DNA of 64,000 bases from an uncultured Actinomycetota bacterium (lineage in GTDB: Bacteria; Actinomycetota; Thermoleophilia; Gaiellales; Gaiellaceae): the NCBI GenBank assembly GCA_963775355.1, contig CAVZJA010000012.1, positions 14,795-78,794 on the forward strand, read 5' to 3'. Position numbers and translations under genes: made by a program. The notes below the pieces were generated by a model that saw nothing but the letters and a program-made list of their open reading frames with translations, was not told the DNA's origin and ran no database searches. Every line of letters begins with the position of its first letter. Position 1 is the stretch's first letter. Shown here in pieces: positions 1 through 9,771 of the stretch.

Positions 1-37
1 GCCAGCTCGCGGCAGCGGCTCCGGCTAGATTCGACGG

Positions 38-535
38 ATGGCCGAGATCCGCCCCTGCCGCGGCGACGAGACCGCGGCCATCCTCTCGATCGTCAACGCG
101 GCGGCCGAGGCCTACCGTGGCGTGATTCCGGCGGATCGCTGGCACGAGCCCTACATGGGCCTCGCGGAGCTCGAGGGCGAGATCGCGGCGGGAGTCGAGT
201 TCTGGGGCTTCGACGACGGAGATCGGTTGATCGGCGTGATGGGCATTCAGCCGGTCGAGGACGTCGACCTGATTCGTCACGCCTACGTCATGCCGGGGAG
301 CCAGCAGCGCGGCGTGGGCGGGCAGCTGCTGAGTCATCTGAGAGCTGCAACGACGCGTCCCATGCTCGTCGGGGCGTGGGAGGCCGCAGAATGGGCGATC
401 CGCTTCTATGCCCGCCACGGCTTCGAGCTCGTGACGCCCGAGCGCAAGCGGGCTCTGCTCGAGAGGTACTGGACGGTGCCCGAGCGCCAGATCGAGGTGT
501 CGGTGGTTCTTGCGAGCCCGCCGTTCGTGGAGTGA
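38..535 (+). CDS. GNAT family N-acetyltransferase
   Basis: 165-aa ORF. It has the acetyl-CoA binding motif QQRGVGGQLL (Q/R-x-x-G-x-G/A) and a C-terminal FYARHGFE typical of the GNAT fold. Confidence 0.8.
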   Translation: MAEIRPCRGDETAAILSIVNAAAEAYRGVIPADRWHEPYMGLAELEGEIAAGVEFWGFDDGDRLIGVMGIQPVEDVDLIRHAYVMPGSQQRGVGGQLLSHLRAATTRPMLVGAWEAAEWAIRFYARHGFELVTPERKRALLERYWTVPERQIEVSVVLASPPFVE

Positions 536-547
536 CGCGGCCGAGCA

Positions 548-1393
548 TTGCCCGGGTCGGGCACGTTGTGTTTTGATGACTTCCTGTTGATACGTGAAGT
601 CGGATGCCGTCTCGAGCTGCGGGTGTCGGGGCCGGCCCGGCTGGCGTTGCAGATCGCCGTTGCGCGTGAGCGGCCGGCCGCGTTCGACGTCGGCGAAGAG
701 CTCCGCGTGGAGCTCGACGGCAAGCCGGTGGAGGTCCGCGAGCTCATTGCGCCGCACGGTGGCCGGGTGCATGCCCTCGATTCCGGCACGGGCACGCTGA
801 TCGTCGACTACTCGGCGACGGTCACCGGCATTGCGGCGCCGCTGGGTGCCGATGAGCTCGAGCTCCTGACCTACCTCCAGCCGAGCCGGTACTGCGAGTC
901 GGACCGGCTCCGGTCGTTGGCCAACACGGAGTTCGGCGGCCTGACCGGTAAGGCGCTGCTGGACGGTGTGTCTTCGTGGGTCGGGATGCATCTCGCCTAC
1001 GTGGCGGGCAGCAGCCAGCCGACCGACGGCGCGGTCGAGACCCTGCTCGCAGGCCGTGGCGTGTGCCGCGACTACGCCCACCTCACCGTTGCCATGCTCA
1101 GAGGCCTCGAGGTGCCAGCGCGCGTCGTTGCCGTGTACGCGCCGGGGCTGGCGCCGATGGACTTCCACGCTGTTGCCGAGGCATACCTCGACGGGGACTG
1201 GCAGGTCGTCGACCCGACGCTGCTCGCGCCGCGCGAGGCGATGCTGCGGATCGCGACCGGCCATGACGCGGCCGCGACGGCCTTTCTCAGCAGCTACGGC
1301 GGGGAGCTCGAGCTCGAGAGCATTCAGGTTCACGCGAGCTCGGCCGGCGAGCTGCCTGCCGACGACCTGGATCACCTGACGACGCTGCGCTGA
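548..1393 (+). CDS. transglutaminase-like (Cys-His-Asp core) domain protein
   Basis: 281-aa ORF with GVCRDYAHL (catalytic Cys), DFHAVAEAY (His) and VVDPT (Asp). The TTG start is uncertain; an in-frame TTG near 584 is also possible. Confidence 0.75.
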   Translation: MPGSGTLCFDDFLLIREVGCRLELRVSGPARLALQIAVARERPAAFDVGEELRVELDGKPVEVRELIAPHGGRVHALDSGTGTLIVDYSATVTGIAAPLGADELELLTYLQPSRYCESDRLRSLANTEFGGLTGKALLDGVSSWVGMHLAYVAGSSQPTDGAVETLLAGRGVCRDYAHLTVAMLRGLEVPARVVAVYAPGLAPMDFHAVAEAYLDGDWQVVDPTLLAPREAMLRIATGHDAAATAFLSSYGGELELESIQVHASSAGELPADDLDHLTTLR

Positions 1394-1487
1394 TCGCCGA
1401 GTTCGCGTGTCTGGGATCTCTCAGGGATCTTGCCGCCTAGGCGACTGCGGGAGGAGATCAGCTCGGGCTTCCGGGTACGCTCCGCCG

Positions 1488-2063
1488 ATGAGGAGCTGGA
1501 GGCGGGCGGGGGTCGTGGCGGCGGCCGGAGCGATCCTGCTTGCGCTGCCGTCGATCTCGGCCGCGATGCGTTCTCAGGATCTGCCGCTGATCGCCGGCCA
1601 GGGCGTCACCGTTGCGGGCTCGAAGATCCAGTGCTCGGTCGGCAAGGACGTTGGCTACGGCCTGAACCTGAAGGGCAAGACCTACATCGTCTGCGGCCCC
1701 TCGACGAATGTGAAGGGCGGTGGGTACATCGCCTTGATGGATTCGGACGGCCATGTATACGTGCTCTCGATCAAGACCCACAAGACCGTGTCGTCACGTA
1801 CACCCGCCGCGGCGGTGCGCACGGCCGGCATGTGGAAGGCCCGTCTCCACGACGAGGTCATCGTCGCCGGAGAGCCGATGATCTGCGGGGTGATCACGCT
1901 GGACAACGAGCCGACGCTCCTTTGCAGCTTCTTCTCGCGGAAGGACCTCGCGCACCCACGCTCGAACTCCTTCGCGTTCGCGATCAACGACACCCATGTT
2001 CTCTCGGTCAAATGGGACGCCCAGCGGCAGTCCCATATCCTCGGCGACTGGCCGGAACGCTGA
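1488..2063 (+). CDS. secreted hypothetical protein
   Basis: Internal ATG of ORF 1407..2063 gives MRSWRRAGVVAAAGAILLALPSISAA, a signal-peptide-like N-terminus. GC3 is high. No family recognised. Confidence 0.5.
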   Translation: MRSWRRAGVVAAAGAILLALPSISAAMRSQDLPLIAGQGVTVAGSKIQCSVGKDVGYGLNLKGKTYIVCGPSTNVKGGGYIALMDSDGHVYVLSIKTHKTVSSRTPAAAVRTAGMWKARLHDEVIVAGEPMICGVITLDNEPTLLCSFFSRKDLAHPRSNSFAFAINDTHVLSVKWDAQRQSHILGDWPER

Positions 2064-2076
2064 TCCCGCGGCGCGG

Positions 2077-2358
2077 TCAGACCGTGCTGATCGGCACTTC
2101 GTAGAACTCGACCGAGGAGCGGCTGCCGGCGTTGCCGGGCCCTGCGTTCATCGCGGCGTCGCCTTTCCGCATCGCCTCTTCGCTCTCGAACAGCGTCACG
2201 CCGATCATTCCGCCCGACGAGCGATCGACGAGCATGAGGAACTTCGCGTCGGCGAGATCGATGGGCCCCTGTCCCGCGTCGAGCATCGTCTGGAGCTTCT
2301 CGACTCTCGTGTCGATGTCGGCCGGATCACCTTCGAACCTCGCTACACGTGCCCACAT
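2077..2358 (-). CDS. small hypothetical protein (possible ferredoxin-like alpha+beta fold)
   Basis: 93-aa ORF with coding-like composition (MWARVARFEGDP...LFESEEAM). The family assignment is a guess. Confidence 0.45.
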   Translation of the reverse strand: MWARVARFEGDPADIDTRVEKLQTMLDAGQGPIDLADAKFLMLVDRSSGGMIGVTLFESEEAMRKGDAAMNAGPGNAGSRSSVEFYEVPISTV

Positions 2359-2395
2359 CGGAAGCTCCTATCGCTCGGATTGGTCGGCATCAGCA

Positions 2396-3550
2396 TCACT
2401 TGAACGGCACGATAACGGGGCCCGGGACGCGGCGGTAAACGGCGAAGAAGTCGCGGTCATCGGGGACGAGGTAGCGGGTCGCCGGCTGCTGGTAGTTGGG
2501 CACCACCTTGACCGGGTCGAGGCCGTGGTGGTGGGTGTAGATGATCAGCGTCGGCCACTCGGGGTTGATGTCGAGCTGCATCGCGCGAACCGCGCCCGCC
2601 CGCTGGAGGATCTTCGCGAGGGTGGTCACCGTCTGATAGTCCGCCGCGGCGTAGATCAGGTTGCCGTGGCGGTCGATCCCTGCTCCGGTGCGCCATACGC
2701 GGACCGCATTACCGAGGGTGTAGCCCCACTCGGTGCTGTTGTTGAGCGCCGGGTTGAGACGGCCGTGGTCGACGATCAGCGGCAGGCTCTGCCGCGCGAA
2801 GGCGATCTTCGGGCCTGCTACGGGACCGCCCGTCCAGGTCTTGACGTCGACCCGGCCGTCGCGGTACGCGATCATCGTTGCGAGCCCGTCCTTCAGCGGC
2901 TCGTATTCCTTGCCGCCGATGGACGACCCGTTGTGCCCGTCGCTGTAGATGAAGCCGCCGTTGAAGGTCGCGAGAAGGCGCCAGCGCTCAGCGTCGGGCA
3001 CCGACATCGGTCCGCGCACAGGGGCGTTCGGCGGCTCGTAGCGGCCCGGGTAGAACGCCGTGGAGGTCCGCGTGTGATCGAACCACGCGACGTAGGCCAC
3101 GATCCGTGGGTAATCGATCTCCGTCCGGAACTCCGTGACGAAGGCCGCCGGGCTCCCGCGGACGAGCGGTCCCGTTCCCGACCATTGTCCCTCACCGCCC
3201 AACGGATGCGCGAAGACAGGCTTGATCGGCGGCGGCGCATCCACGAGTGAGCGTCGAGCTCGATTGATCGCGGCCTGACGGGCAGGCAAGGCAACGCTGG
3301 GGAGAGTCGTCAGCTGGGGGCCGCCTTTCTTCGGGGCCTTCCAGCTGTAGTAGTAGTGCTCGACCTCATCGACGAGCCAGTTGCCGTGGTGAGCGCGCAG
3401 CCATTCGACGCTGCGCGGCCAGAGCGGTAGGCTCGAGGGCTGCATCATCGTCGTGGTGTAGGAGTAGACGGCGGGCGCGACGAGGGCGAGACCCACGACC
3501 GCCACTACGAGCCGGATGTGGCGGCGCCGCTTTCGGCGGCCGCGGCGCAC
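2396..3550 (-). CDS. membrane-anchored phosphodiester glycosidase family (DUF2233-like) protein
   Basis: 384-aa ORF with an Arg-rich N-terminus followed by a TM helix. C-terminal region NGGFIYSDGHN...MQLDINPEWP is typical of the family. Confidence 0.6.
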   Translation of the reverse strand: MRRGRRKRRRHIRLVVAVVGLALVAPAVYSYTTTMMQPSSLPLWPRSVEWLRAHHGNWLVDEVEHYYYSWKAPKKGGPQLTTLPSVALPARQAAINRARRSLVDAPPPIKPVFAHPLGGEGQWSGTGPLVRGSPAAFVTEFRTEIDYPRIVAYVAWFDHTRTSTAFYPGRYEPPNAPVRGPMSVPDAERWRLLATFNGGFIYSDGHNGSSIGGKEYEPLKDGLATMIAYRDGRVDVKTWTGGPVAGPKIAFARQSLPLIVDHGRLNPALNNSTEWGYTLGNAVRVWRTGAGIDRHGNLIYAAADYQTVTTLAKILQRAGAVRAMQLDINPEWPTLIIYTHHHGLDPVKVVPNYQQPATRYLVPDDRDFFAVYRRVPGPVIVPFK

Positions 3551-3660
3551 TCGAGGCGCCTGTTCGATTGGGCCGGTGGAGTCCAGGCCTGAAACCTACG
3601 AGCGCCCGATGAAGCGAGCATGAGGACTGGCGGGCCGCCGTCTGCTCCTAGGATCCCGTT

Positions 3661-4836
3661 GTGACTCCACGCCTGGCCACGTTCTCGGTTTTTATGATCA
3701 ACGGAGCGATGATCGGGACCTGGGTCGCGCACATCCCCTGGCTACAGGATCACCTCGGCATCTCGAAGGCGACGCTCGGCCTGTGTCTCCTCTGCATGGC
3801 GGCGGGCGCGCTCATCTCGATGCCGCTCACCGGCCATGTCCTCGACCGGCGGCCTAGTGCGAAGGTGACCCGCGCCGCGGCGCTGGCCTTCTGCCTGATG
3901 CTGCCGCTTCCGCTGCTTGCCACGGGCCCCTACATGCTCGCCGGGATCCTGTTCGTGTTCGGTGGGGTCAATGGCGTGATGGACGTGGCGATGAACGCGC
4001 ACGGCGTGGCGCTCGAGCGCGAGCTTCCGAAGCCGATCATGTCCTCCCTTCACGGCGGCTGGAGCCTCGGGGGCTTTGCCGCCGCCGGAACCGTCGTGAT
4101 CGCTGCGACGGCCGGGGCCGATCCGCGTGTCGAGAGCCTCGTCGTCGGAGTCGCGCTCTGGCTGGCTGCGCTGTGGGTGACCCGCAGGTTGGGCAGTGCT
4201 TCGGCTCACTCCAAGGCGGCAACGGGGTTTGCGCTGCCGTCCCGTGCGGTGATCCTGATCGGCGGGCTTTGCTTCCTGGCGATGATGATCGAGGGCGGGA
4301 TCGCGGACTGGAGCGGGATCTACCTGCGTCATGACGTCGGCGCGAGCACCGCGGCGGCGGCGATGGCGTTCACCGGCTTCTCGCTCGGGATGGCAGCCGC
4401 GCGCCTCGGCGGCGATGCGCTGAACGAGCGCCTCGGGGCAGGGAGGTTGTTGCGTGGCGGGATGGCGCTGGTGGCGATCACGCTCGGCGCCGTCCTGCTC
4501 ATCGGCGAGATCGTGCCGTCGGTGATCGGCTTCGCGTTCTGCGGCCTCGGGATCGCGAATGCGGTGCCGCTGCTCTTCAGCGCGGCTGGGCGGCTCGAGC
4601 CGCCCAGCCCTTCGCTCGCCGCGGCATTCACCCTTGGCTACACGGGCTTCATCGTCGGGCCGCCGATGATCGGCATCCTCTCCGACCAGGTCGGATTGCC
4701 GAAGACATTCGTGGTGCTCATCATGGCAGCGCTCACCGTTGCGGCGCTCGGTGCGCGTGCCACGGCGACCAAGGCCGTGGATCACTCCTCTGACCTGGCG
4801 CTTCGAGGCGCCGCTGTCGACTCGCGAGCCGGATGA
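3661..4836 (+). CDS. MFS transporter
   Basis: 391-aa ORF with about 12 hydrophobic segments and an MFS-like loop (PLTGHVLDRRPS). Confidence 0.8.
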   Translation: MTPRLATFSVFMINGAMIGTWVAHIPWLQDHLGISKATLGLCLLCMAAGALISMPLTGHVLDRRPSAKVTRAAALAFCLMLPLPLLATGPYMLAGILFVFGGVNGVMDVAMNAHGVALERELPKPIMSSLHGGWSLGGFAAAGTVVIAATAGADPRVESLVVGVALWLAALWVTRRLGSASAHSKAATGFALPSRAVILIGGLCFLAMMIEGGIADWSGIYLRHDVGASTAAAAMAFTGFSLGMAAARLGGDALNERLGAGRLLRGGMALVAITLGAVLLIGEIVPSVIGFAFCGLGIANAVPLLFSAAGRLEPPSPSLAAAFTLGYTGFIVGPPMIGILSDQVGLPKTFVVLIMAALTVAALGARATATKAVDHSSDLALRGAAVDSRAG

Positions 4837-4892
4837 GCGCGAGCCGCGCCGCGTCGGTTTAGGCCCGATCCGGGCGCGGGTAGGACGGCGTC

Positions 4893-5285
4893 ATGAGCGG
4901 ATACACGACGAAGAACCTCAGAAACGATGTCGAGGATCAGGCGCCCAGGTTCGACATGCCCGAAGAGATGCAGGCTCGGTTCGGACGCACCCCGCTCGGG
5001 GGCAAGACCCTCGGCCTGAGCCTCTTCACGCTCGAGCCGGGCTTCCGGATCCCGTTCGGGCACAGGCACGACAGCCAGGAGGAGGTCTACGTCGTCGTGC
5101 ACGGCTCCGCGCGGGTGAAGGTCGAGGACGAGATCGTCGAGCTCGGCGAATGGGATGCGATCCGGTTCGACAAGGGCGCGATGCACAACGTCGAAGCTGG
5201 CTCCGACGGCGTCGAGTACCTGGCCTTCGGCGCCGGAGAGGACGGGACCGAGGTCGAGATGATCCAGGACTGGTGGAGCGACTGA
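4893..5285 (+). CDS. cupin domain protein
   Basis: 130-aa ORF with cupin motifs GHRHDSQEEVYVVVHG and GAMHNVEAG. Confidence 0.75.
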   Translation: MSGYTTKNLRNDVEDQAPRFDMPEEMQARFGRTPLGGKTLGLSLFTLEPGFRIPFGHRHDSQEEVYVVVHGSARVKVEDEIVELGEWDAIRFDKGAMHNVEAGSDGVEYLAFGAGEDGTEVEMIQDWWSD

Positions 5286-5300
5286 GTAGGAACGGTTCCG

Positions 5301-5669
5301 CTAGCCCGGTGGGATCTCTTGCAAAGCCCAGGTGTTGCCGTCGGGGTCGCCGAAGAAGGCGTACTTGACTCCTCCCATGTCCTTGATCTCGCTGATCTCG
5401 ACCTTCCGCGCTGCGAGCTCGGCTCGCGCCGAGGCGATGTCGGTCACGACGAGATGAAGGTTCTGGACGCGGCCCCGGTCGGGGTCGCCGATTCCCGTGC
5501 CGAACACGATCGAGCAGCCCGAGCCCGGAGGGGTCAGCTGCACGATGCGCATCCCGTTGCCCGGCTCCACGTCATGGTCGAGCACGAATCCCACCTGGTC
5601 CGCGTAGAACGCCTTCGAGGCGTCGACATCCGAGACCGGGAGCGGCACGACCTCGAGTCTCATCTCCAT
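5301..5669 (-). CDS. VOC/glyoxalase-bleomycin resistance family protein
   Basis: ORF 5301..5711. VPLPVSDVDASKAFYADQVGF and FFGDPDGNTW are typical VOC motifs. The start is probably an internal Met (5669 or 5663). Confidence 0.8.
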   Translation of the reverse strand: MEMRLEVVPLPVSDVDASKAFYADQVGFVLDHDVEPGNGMRIVQLTPPGSGCSIVFGTGIGDPDRGRVQNLHLVVTDIASARAELAARKVEISEIKDMGGVKYAFFGDPDGNTWALQEIPPG

Positions 5670-5757
5670 GAGACTGAGTGCGGATCTACGCGACGATGCG
5701 GTGGGCTCCAAGGTCGCCGATGGTAGACGAGCCGGTTCCGTCCGCGCGCTTCGTCAA

Positions 5758-5788
5758 GGGCAGGCCGTCGGTTCCTTGGTGCCTGCCC
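5758..5788 (-). terminator. stem-loop downstream of lysA (GGGCAGGC-15 nt-GCCTGCCC)
   Basis: Perfect 8-bp GC stem, 10 nt past the lysA stop. There is no U-tract. Confidence 0.35.
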
Positions 5789-5797
5789 AAGCGGTGC

Positions 5798-7061
5798 CTA
5801 CGCTCGAGTGTCTCCGGCCTCGAGGCCCAGGAGATCCTCGATCGTCTCCCGACGACGGATCACCCGAGCCTTGCCGGCGGTGAGCAGCACCGCGGCCGGG
5901 CGTGGAACGGCGTTGTACGTGGAGCTCATCGCGAGGGTGTAGGCCCCGGTCGCGGGCACTGCGAGGATGTCGCCGCGGCGCGGCTCCGGGAGCGCGACCG
6001 CATCGATCAGGAGGTCGCCGGACTCGCAGTGCTTGCCGACGACCGTGTAGGTGCCGGTGGTGGGCTCCTCTGCCCGGTTGGCGAGGACGGCGGTGTAGCG
6101 CGCGCCGTAGAGGGCGGGGCGGGGGTTGTCCGACATGCCGCCGTCGACTGCGAGGTAGACCGTGGAGTCGCCGGATCGCTTGACCGAGCCGACCGTGTAC
6201 AGCGTGACGCCGGCGCGGGCAGTGAGGGAGCGGCCGGGCTCGAGGATCAGGTGCGGCATCGGGATGCCCTCCTGCTCGCAGGCGCGCTCGACCTCCGCGA
6301 GCAGGGTGCCTGCGAACTCGGCGATCGGTACCTCCGGCTCGTCGGGGGTCGCGGCGACGCCCAGGCCGCCGCCAAGGTCGAGCGTCCGCATCGTCCACCC
6401 GAGCTCGGTGTGGGCTCGCGCGGCGAACGCCGCGATCCAGTCGACAGCCGCGCGTGCCGCGGTCACGTCGCGGAGCTGAGAGCCGATGTGCATGTGCAGC
6501 CCCTCGGTCTCGGGATCGCGGCGGAGCGCCTCGAGCGAGTCGTCCGGCGTGAGCCCGAACTTCGACCCGTGATGGCCGGTGCGAATCGCCTCGTGCGTGT
6601 CGGCCTCGATCCCGGGCGTGACTCGCACGAGTGTCCGCGAGACGCGGGCCTGGCGCGCCCGTTCGATCTCCTCGAGCGAGTCGACCACGACCAGCGCGCC
6701 GGCTTCCGCAGCCGCCTCGAGCTCCGCCTGCGACTTGTTGTTGCCGTGGACGACGACGTCGGCCGCCGCTGATCCCGGCTGCCTGGGCGAACCGGAGCTC
6801 GCCGAGCGTCGAGACGTCGGCGCCGATGCCCTCCTCGGCCAGGATCCGCATCAGCGCGACGTTCGGGAACGCCTTCGTCCCGTAGACGACTGCGGCGTGC
6901 GGTGCCGCCTCGCGGTAGGCGCGAGCCCGGGCGCGCAGAGTGGCCTCGTCGTAGACGACGAGCGGGCTCCCGTGCTCGCGCACCAGGTCGGCGGCAGCGA
7001 TGCCGCCGATCGAGAGCGAGCCGTCGTCGACCCGAGCCGTGTCAGGGAAGAGGTGGAGCAC
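5798..7061 (-). pseudogene. lysA: diaminopimelate decarboxylase, frame broken by one extra base near 6761-6770
   Basis: The N-terminal part (FPDTARVDDGSLSIGG...VVYGTKAFPN...GADVSTLGELRFAQAAGISG) lies in one minus frame. DVVVHGNNKSQAEL...through the C-terminus (ORF 5798..6688) lies in another. Deleting one base from agcGGCGGCC joins them. The start is GTG at 7061 or 7109. Confidence 0.85.
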
Positions 7062-7072
7062 ACGGCGATTCT

Positions 7073-7138
7073 GCCTGTGGACGAACCGGCGCAATTCCGG
7101 CACGGACACGTGACACCTTTCCGGGTAGCGTGAATGCA
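7073..7138 (+). repeat. intergenic motif copy A (TGTGGA-N4-CCGGCGC-N4-CCGGCAC...CACGTGACA...ATG)
   Basis: 51/66 ungapped identities with 9772..9837. The heptads are spaced 11 bp apart. Confidence 0.7.
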
Positions 7139-7282
7139 GGGGCCCGCGCGCCCCTTGGGGGTACATGGAGGGCCGCTGGATTGGCCTGCGCACACGGCTG
7201 GCGCTAGACTCAGTCGACGTGAGACTCCTGCTTATGTAACGCAAGGAGGCGACCGCGGCGAACGCCGCGTCGGCTTCCCCTG

Positions 7283-7308
7283 GCCTCTCGCACAACGGGA
7301 GGCTTTTT
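7283..7308 (+). promoter_or_regulatory. terminator-like hairpin + T5 inside the leuS 5' leader (possible attenuator)
   Basis: GCCTCTC-gcacaac-GGGAGGC is followed by TTTTT, 18 nt before the leuS ATG. The upstream GGAGG (7245-7249) can pair with the 5' arm instead. Confidence 0.4.
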
Positions 7309-7325
7309 CGTATCTGAGGACGCAA

Positions 7326-9752
7326 ATGGACACCTACGAGCCCCACGCAATCGAGCGCAAATGGCAGCAGGTCTGGGACGAGGCCGGCGCCTTCGTGACC
7401 GCCAACCCCGACGGCGCGGACTCCCGCAAGAAGGCCTACGTGCTCGAGATGCTGCCCTACCCCTCGGGCGAGCTGCACATGGGCCACGTCCTCAACTACA
7501 CGCTCGGCGACGTCGTCTCGCACGTCCGCCGCCGGCACGGCTTCTCGGTGCTGCGCCCGATGGGCTACGACGCGTTCGGGCTGCCCGCCGAGAACGCCGC
7601 CATCCGCGAGGGCGGCCATCCGCGCGAGGTGACCGACCGGAACATCGCCGCGATCCGCGCGCAGATCAAGCGGATGGGCTGGTCGATCGACTGGTCGCGC
7701 GAGGTCTCGACCCACGAGCCCGAGTACTACCGCTGGACGCAGTGGCTGTTCCTGCAGCTGTACGGCAAGGGGCTCGCCTACCGCAAGGCGGCGCCCGTGA
7801 AGTGGTGCCCGTTCGACCAGACCGTGCTCGCGAACGAGCAGGTGATCGACGGCCACTGCGAGCGCTGCGGCAACGAGGTCGAGTCGCGGAACCTCGAGCA
7901 GTGGATGTTCAAGATCACCGACTTCGCCGACCGGCTCCTCGACGACATGGCGCAGCTCGACTGGCCGGACCGCGTGCTGACGATGCAGCGCAACTGGATC
8001 GGCCGCTCGGAGGGCGCCGAGGTGACCTTCCGGGTCGAGGAGCTCGACGAGGACGTGCCCGTCTTCACGACCCGTCCGGACACGCTGTTCGGCGCGACGT
8101 TCTTCGTGCTCGCGCCCGAGCATCCGCTCGTCGAGCAGTTCGCCGAGCGCTCCCCGGACGGTGCGGTGCTGCGCGAGTACGCGCAGCACGCTGCCGCGAA
8201 GAAGAGCGAGGAGCGGGCGGCCAGCGAGGAGAAGACCGGCGTCTTCACCGGTTTCTACGCCGTGAACCCGGTCAACGCGGAGCGCATCCCGATCTGGGTC
8301 GCCGACTACGTCCTGATGGACTACGGCACCGGGGCGATCATGGCGGTGCCGGCGCACGACGAGCGCGACTTCGCCTTCGCCGAGAAGTTCGGGCTGCCGA
8401 TCGTGCAGGTCGTCGCGCCCGCCTCGGGCGAGGTCGCCGAGGGGGAGGTCTACGTCTCGCATTCCGACGACGAGGTGATCGTCAACTCGGCCGAGTTCTC
8501 GGGTCTCTCCTCGCCCGAGGCGAAGAAGGCGATCGTCGCCTCGCTCGAGTCGCGCGGCCTCGGGCACGCCGCGGTGAACTTCCGCCTCCGCGACTGGCTG
8601 CTCTCGCGCCAGCGCTACTGGGGCTGCCCGATCCCGATGATCCACTGCGAGGCCTGCGGGCTCGTTCCGGTGCCCGAGTCGGAGCTGCCGGTGATTCTGC
8701 CGGAGGTCGTCGACTACCTGCCGAAGGGGCGCTCTCCGCTGGCCGCGGCCGAGGACTGGGTGAACGTGAGCTGCCCGTCGTGCGGAGGGCCGGCGAAGCG
8801 CGAGACCGACACGATGGACACCTTCGTCGACTCGTCCTGGTACTTCCTGCGCTACACCGACCCGCTGAACGCCGAGGCGCCGTTCGACCGCGACCTCGTC
8901 GACTACTGGCTGCCGGTCAACCAGTACATCGGCGGGATCGAGCACGCGATCCTGCACCTGATGTACGCGCGCTTCTTCACGAAGGCGCTCCACGACGACG
9001 GGCTGCTCGGCTTCACCGAGCCGTTCGCGCGGCTGTTCAACCAGGGGATGATCTACCGCTTCGGCGCGAAGATGTCGAAGTCGAAGGGCAACGTCGTCTC
9101 GCCGGACGAGCTGATCGAGCGCTACGGCGCCGATGCGCTGCGCCTCTACATCCTCTTCATGGGGCCGGCCGACCAGGACAAGGAATGGCAGGACACCGGC
9201 GTCGAGGGGATGTGGCGCTTCCTGACGCGGCTCTGGCGGATCGTGCACGAGGAGATCGCCCGCGAGCCGGATGAGCCGGGCACGACGCCGCTCGCGCGCA
9301 AGGCGCACGAGACGATCCACAAGGTGACCGACGACATCGACCGGCGGTTCGTCTTCAACACGCCGGTCGCGGCGGTGATGGAGCTCGTGAACGCGATCTC
9401 CGCGTCGCCGGACGATCCCGCCTCGCGCTTCGCGGTCGAGACGGCGGTGTCGCTGATCCAGCCGTATGCGCCCCATGTCGCCGAGGAGCTCTGGTCGGCG
9501 CTCGGGCACTCGCGGCTCTGGGAGGAGCCGTGGCCGGTCGCCGACGAGTCGCTGCTCCAGCGCGACACGATCGAGCTCGTCATCCAGGTGAACGGGAAGG
9601 TGCGCGACCGGATGACCGTCGCCGCCGGGCTGCCGAAGGAGGAGCTGATCGCGCTCGCGAAGAGCTCCGAGCGCGTGCAGGACTACCTCGACGGCAAGGA
9701 GCCGCGTCAGGTCATCGTCGTGCCGGACAAGCTCGTCAACTTCGTCGTGTAG
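7326..9752 (+). CDS. leuS: leucine--tRNA ligase
   Basis: Carries the HIGH motif ([12 protein letters not shown]) and the KMSKS motif (KMSKSKGN). The N-terminus [17 protein letters not shown] is typical. The upstream in-frame 64 codons have low GC3 and look non-coding. Confidence 0.95.
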   Translation: MDTYEPHAIERKWQQVWDEAGAFVTANPDGADSRKKAYVLEMLPYPSGELHMGHVLNYTLGDVVSHVRRRHGFSVLRPMGYDAFGLPAENAAIREGGHPREVTDRNIAAIRAQIKRMGWSIDWSREVSTHEPEYYRWTQWLFLQLYGKGLAYRKAAPVKWCPFDQTVLANEQVIDGHCERCGNEVESRNLEQWMFKITDFADRLLDDMAQLDWPDRVLTMQRNWIGRSEGAEVTFRVEELDEDVPVFTTRPDTLFGATFFVLAPEHPLVEQFAERSPDGAVLREYAQHAAAKKSEERAASEEKTGVFTGFYAVNPVNAERIPIWVADYVLMDYGTGAIMAVPAHDERDFAFAEKFGLPIVQVVAPASGEVAEGEVYVSHSDDEVIVNSAEFSGLSSPEAKKAIVASLESRGLGHAAVNFRLRDWLLSRQRYWGCPIPMIHCEACGLVPVPESELPVILPEVVDYLPKGRSPLAAAEDWVNVSCPSCGGPAKRETDTMDTFVDSSWYFLRYTDPLNAEAPFDRDLVDYWLPVNQYIGGIEHAILHLMYARFFTKALHDDGLLGFTEPFARLFNQGMIYRFGAKMSKSKGNVVSPDELIERYGADALRLYILFMGPADQDKEWQDTGVEGMWRFLTRLWRIVHEEIAREPDEPGTTPLARKAHETIHKVTDDIDRRFVFNTPVAAVMELVNAISASPDDPASRFAVETAVSLIQPYAPHVAEELWSALGHSRLWEEPWPVADESLLQRDTIELVIQVNGKVRDRMTVAAGLPKEELIALAKSSERVQDYLDGKEPRQVIVVPDKLVNFVV

Positions 9753-9771
9753 ACGCCGCGCTCCTGCCGGG

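Noticed and set aside
1407-1487. The upstream part of ORF 1407..2063 as coding sequence, and the short direct repeat GGGATCT-ctca-GGGATCT at about 1412-1429.
   Set aside because: The signal-peptide-like Met at 1488 is a more plausible start. The 7-nt repeat is too short to interpret.
7241-7268. A canonical T-box antiterminator (AGGAGGCGACCGCGG versus AGGGUGGNACCGCG) in the leuS leader.
   Set aside because: There is no UGGN tetranucleotide to pair with the tRNA NCCA end, and I could identify no Stem I, K-turn or specifier loop. AGGAGG is also part of a separate hairpin. It is kept only as a generic attenuator candidate.
7134-7325. 64-codon in-frame N-terminal extension of the leuS ORF starting at ATG 7134.
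   Set aside because: About one third of the third codon positions are A/T, against almost none in neighbouring genes. The region is packed with hairpins and a T5 tract. LeuS homology begins at [13 protein letters not shown] (7326), which has its own SD.
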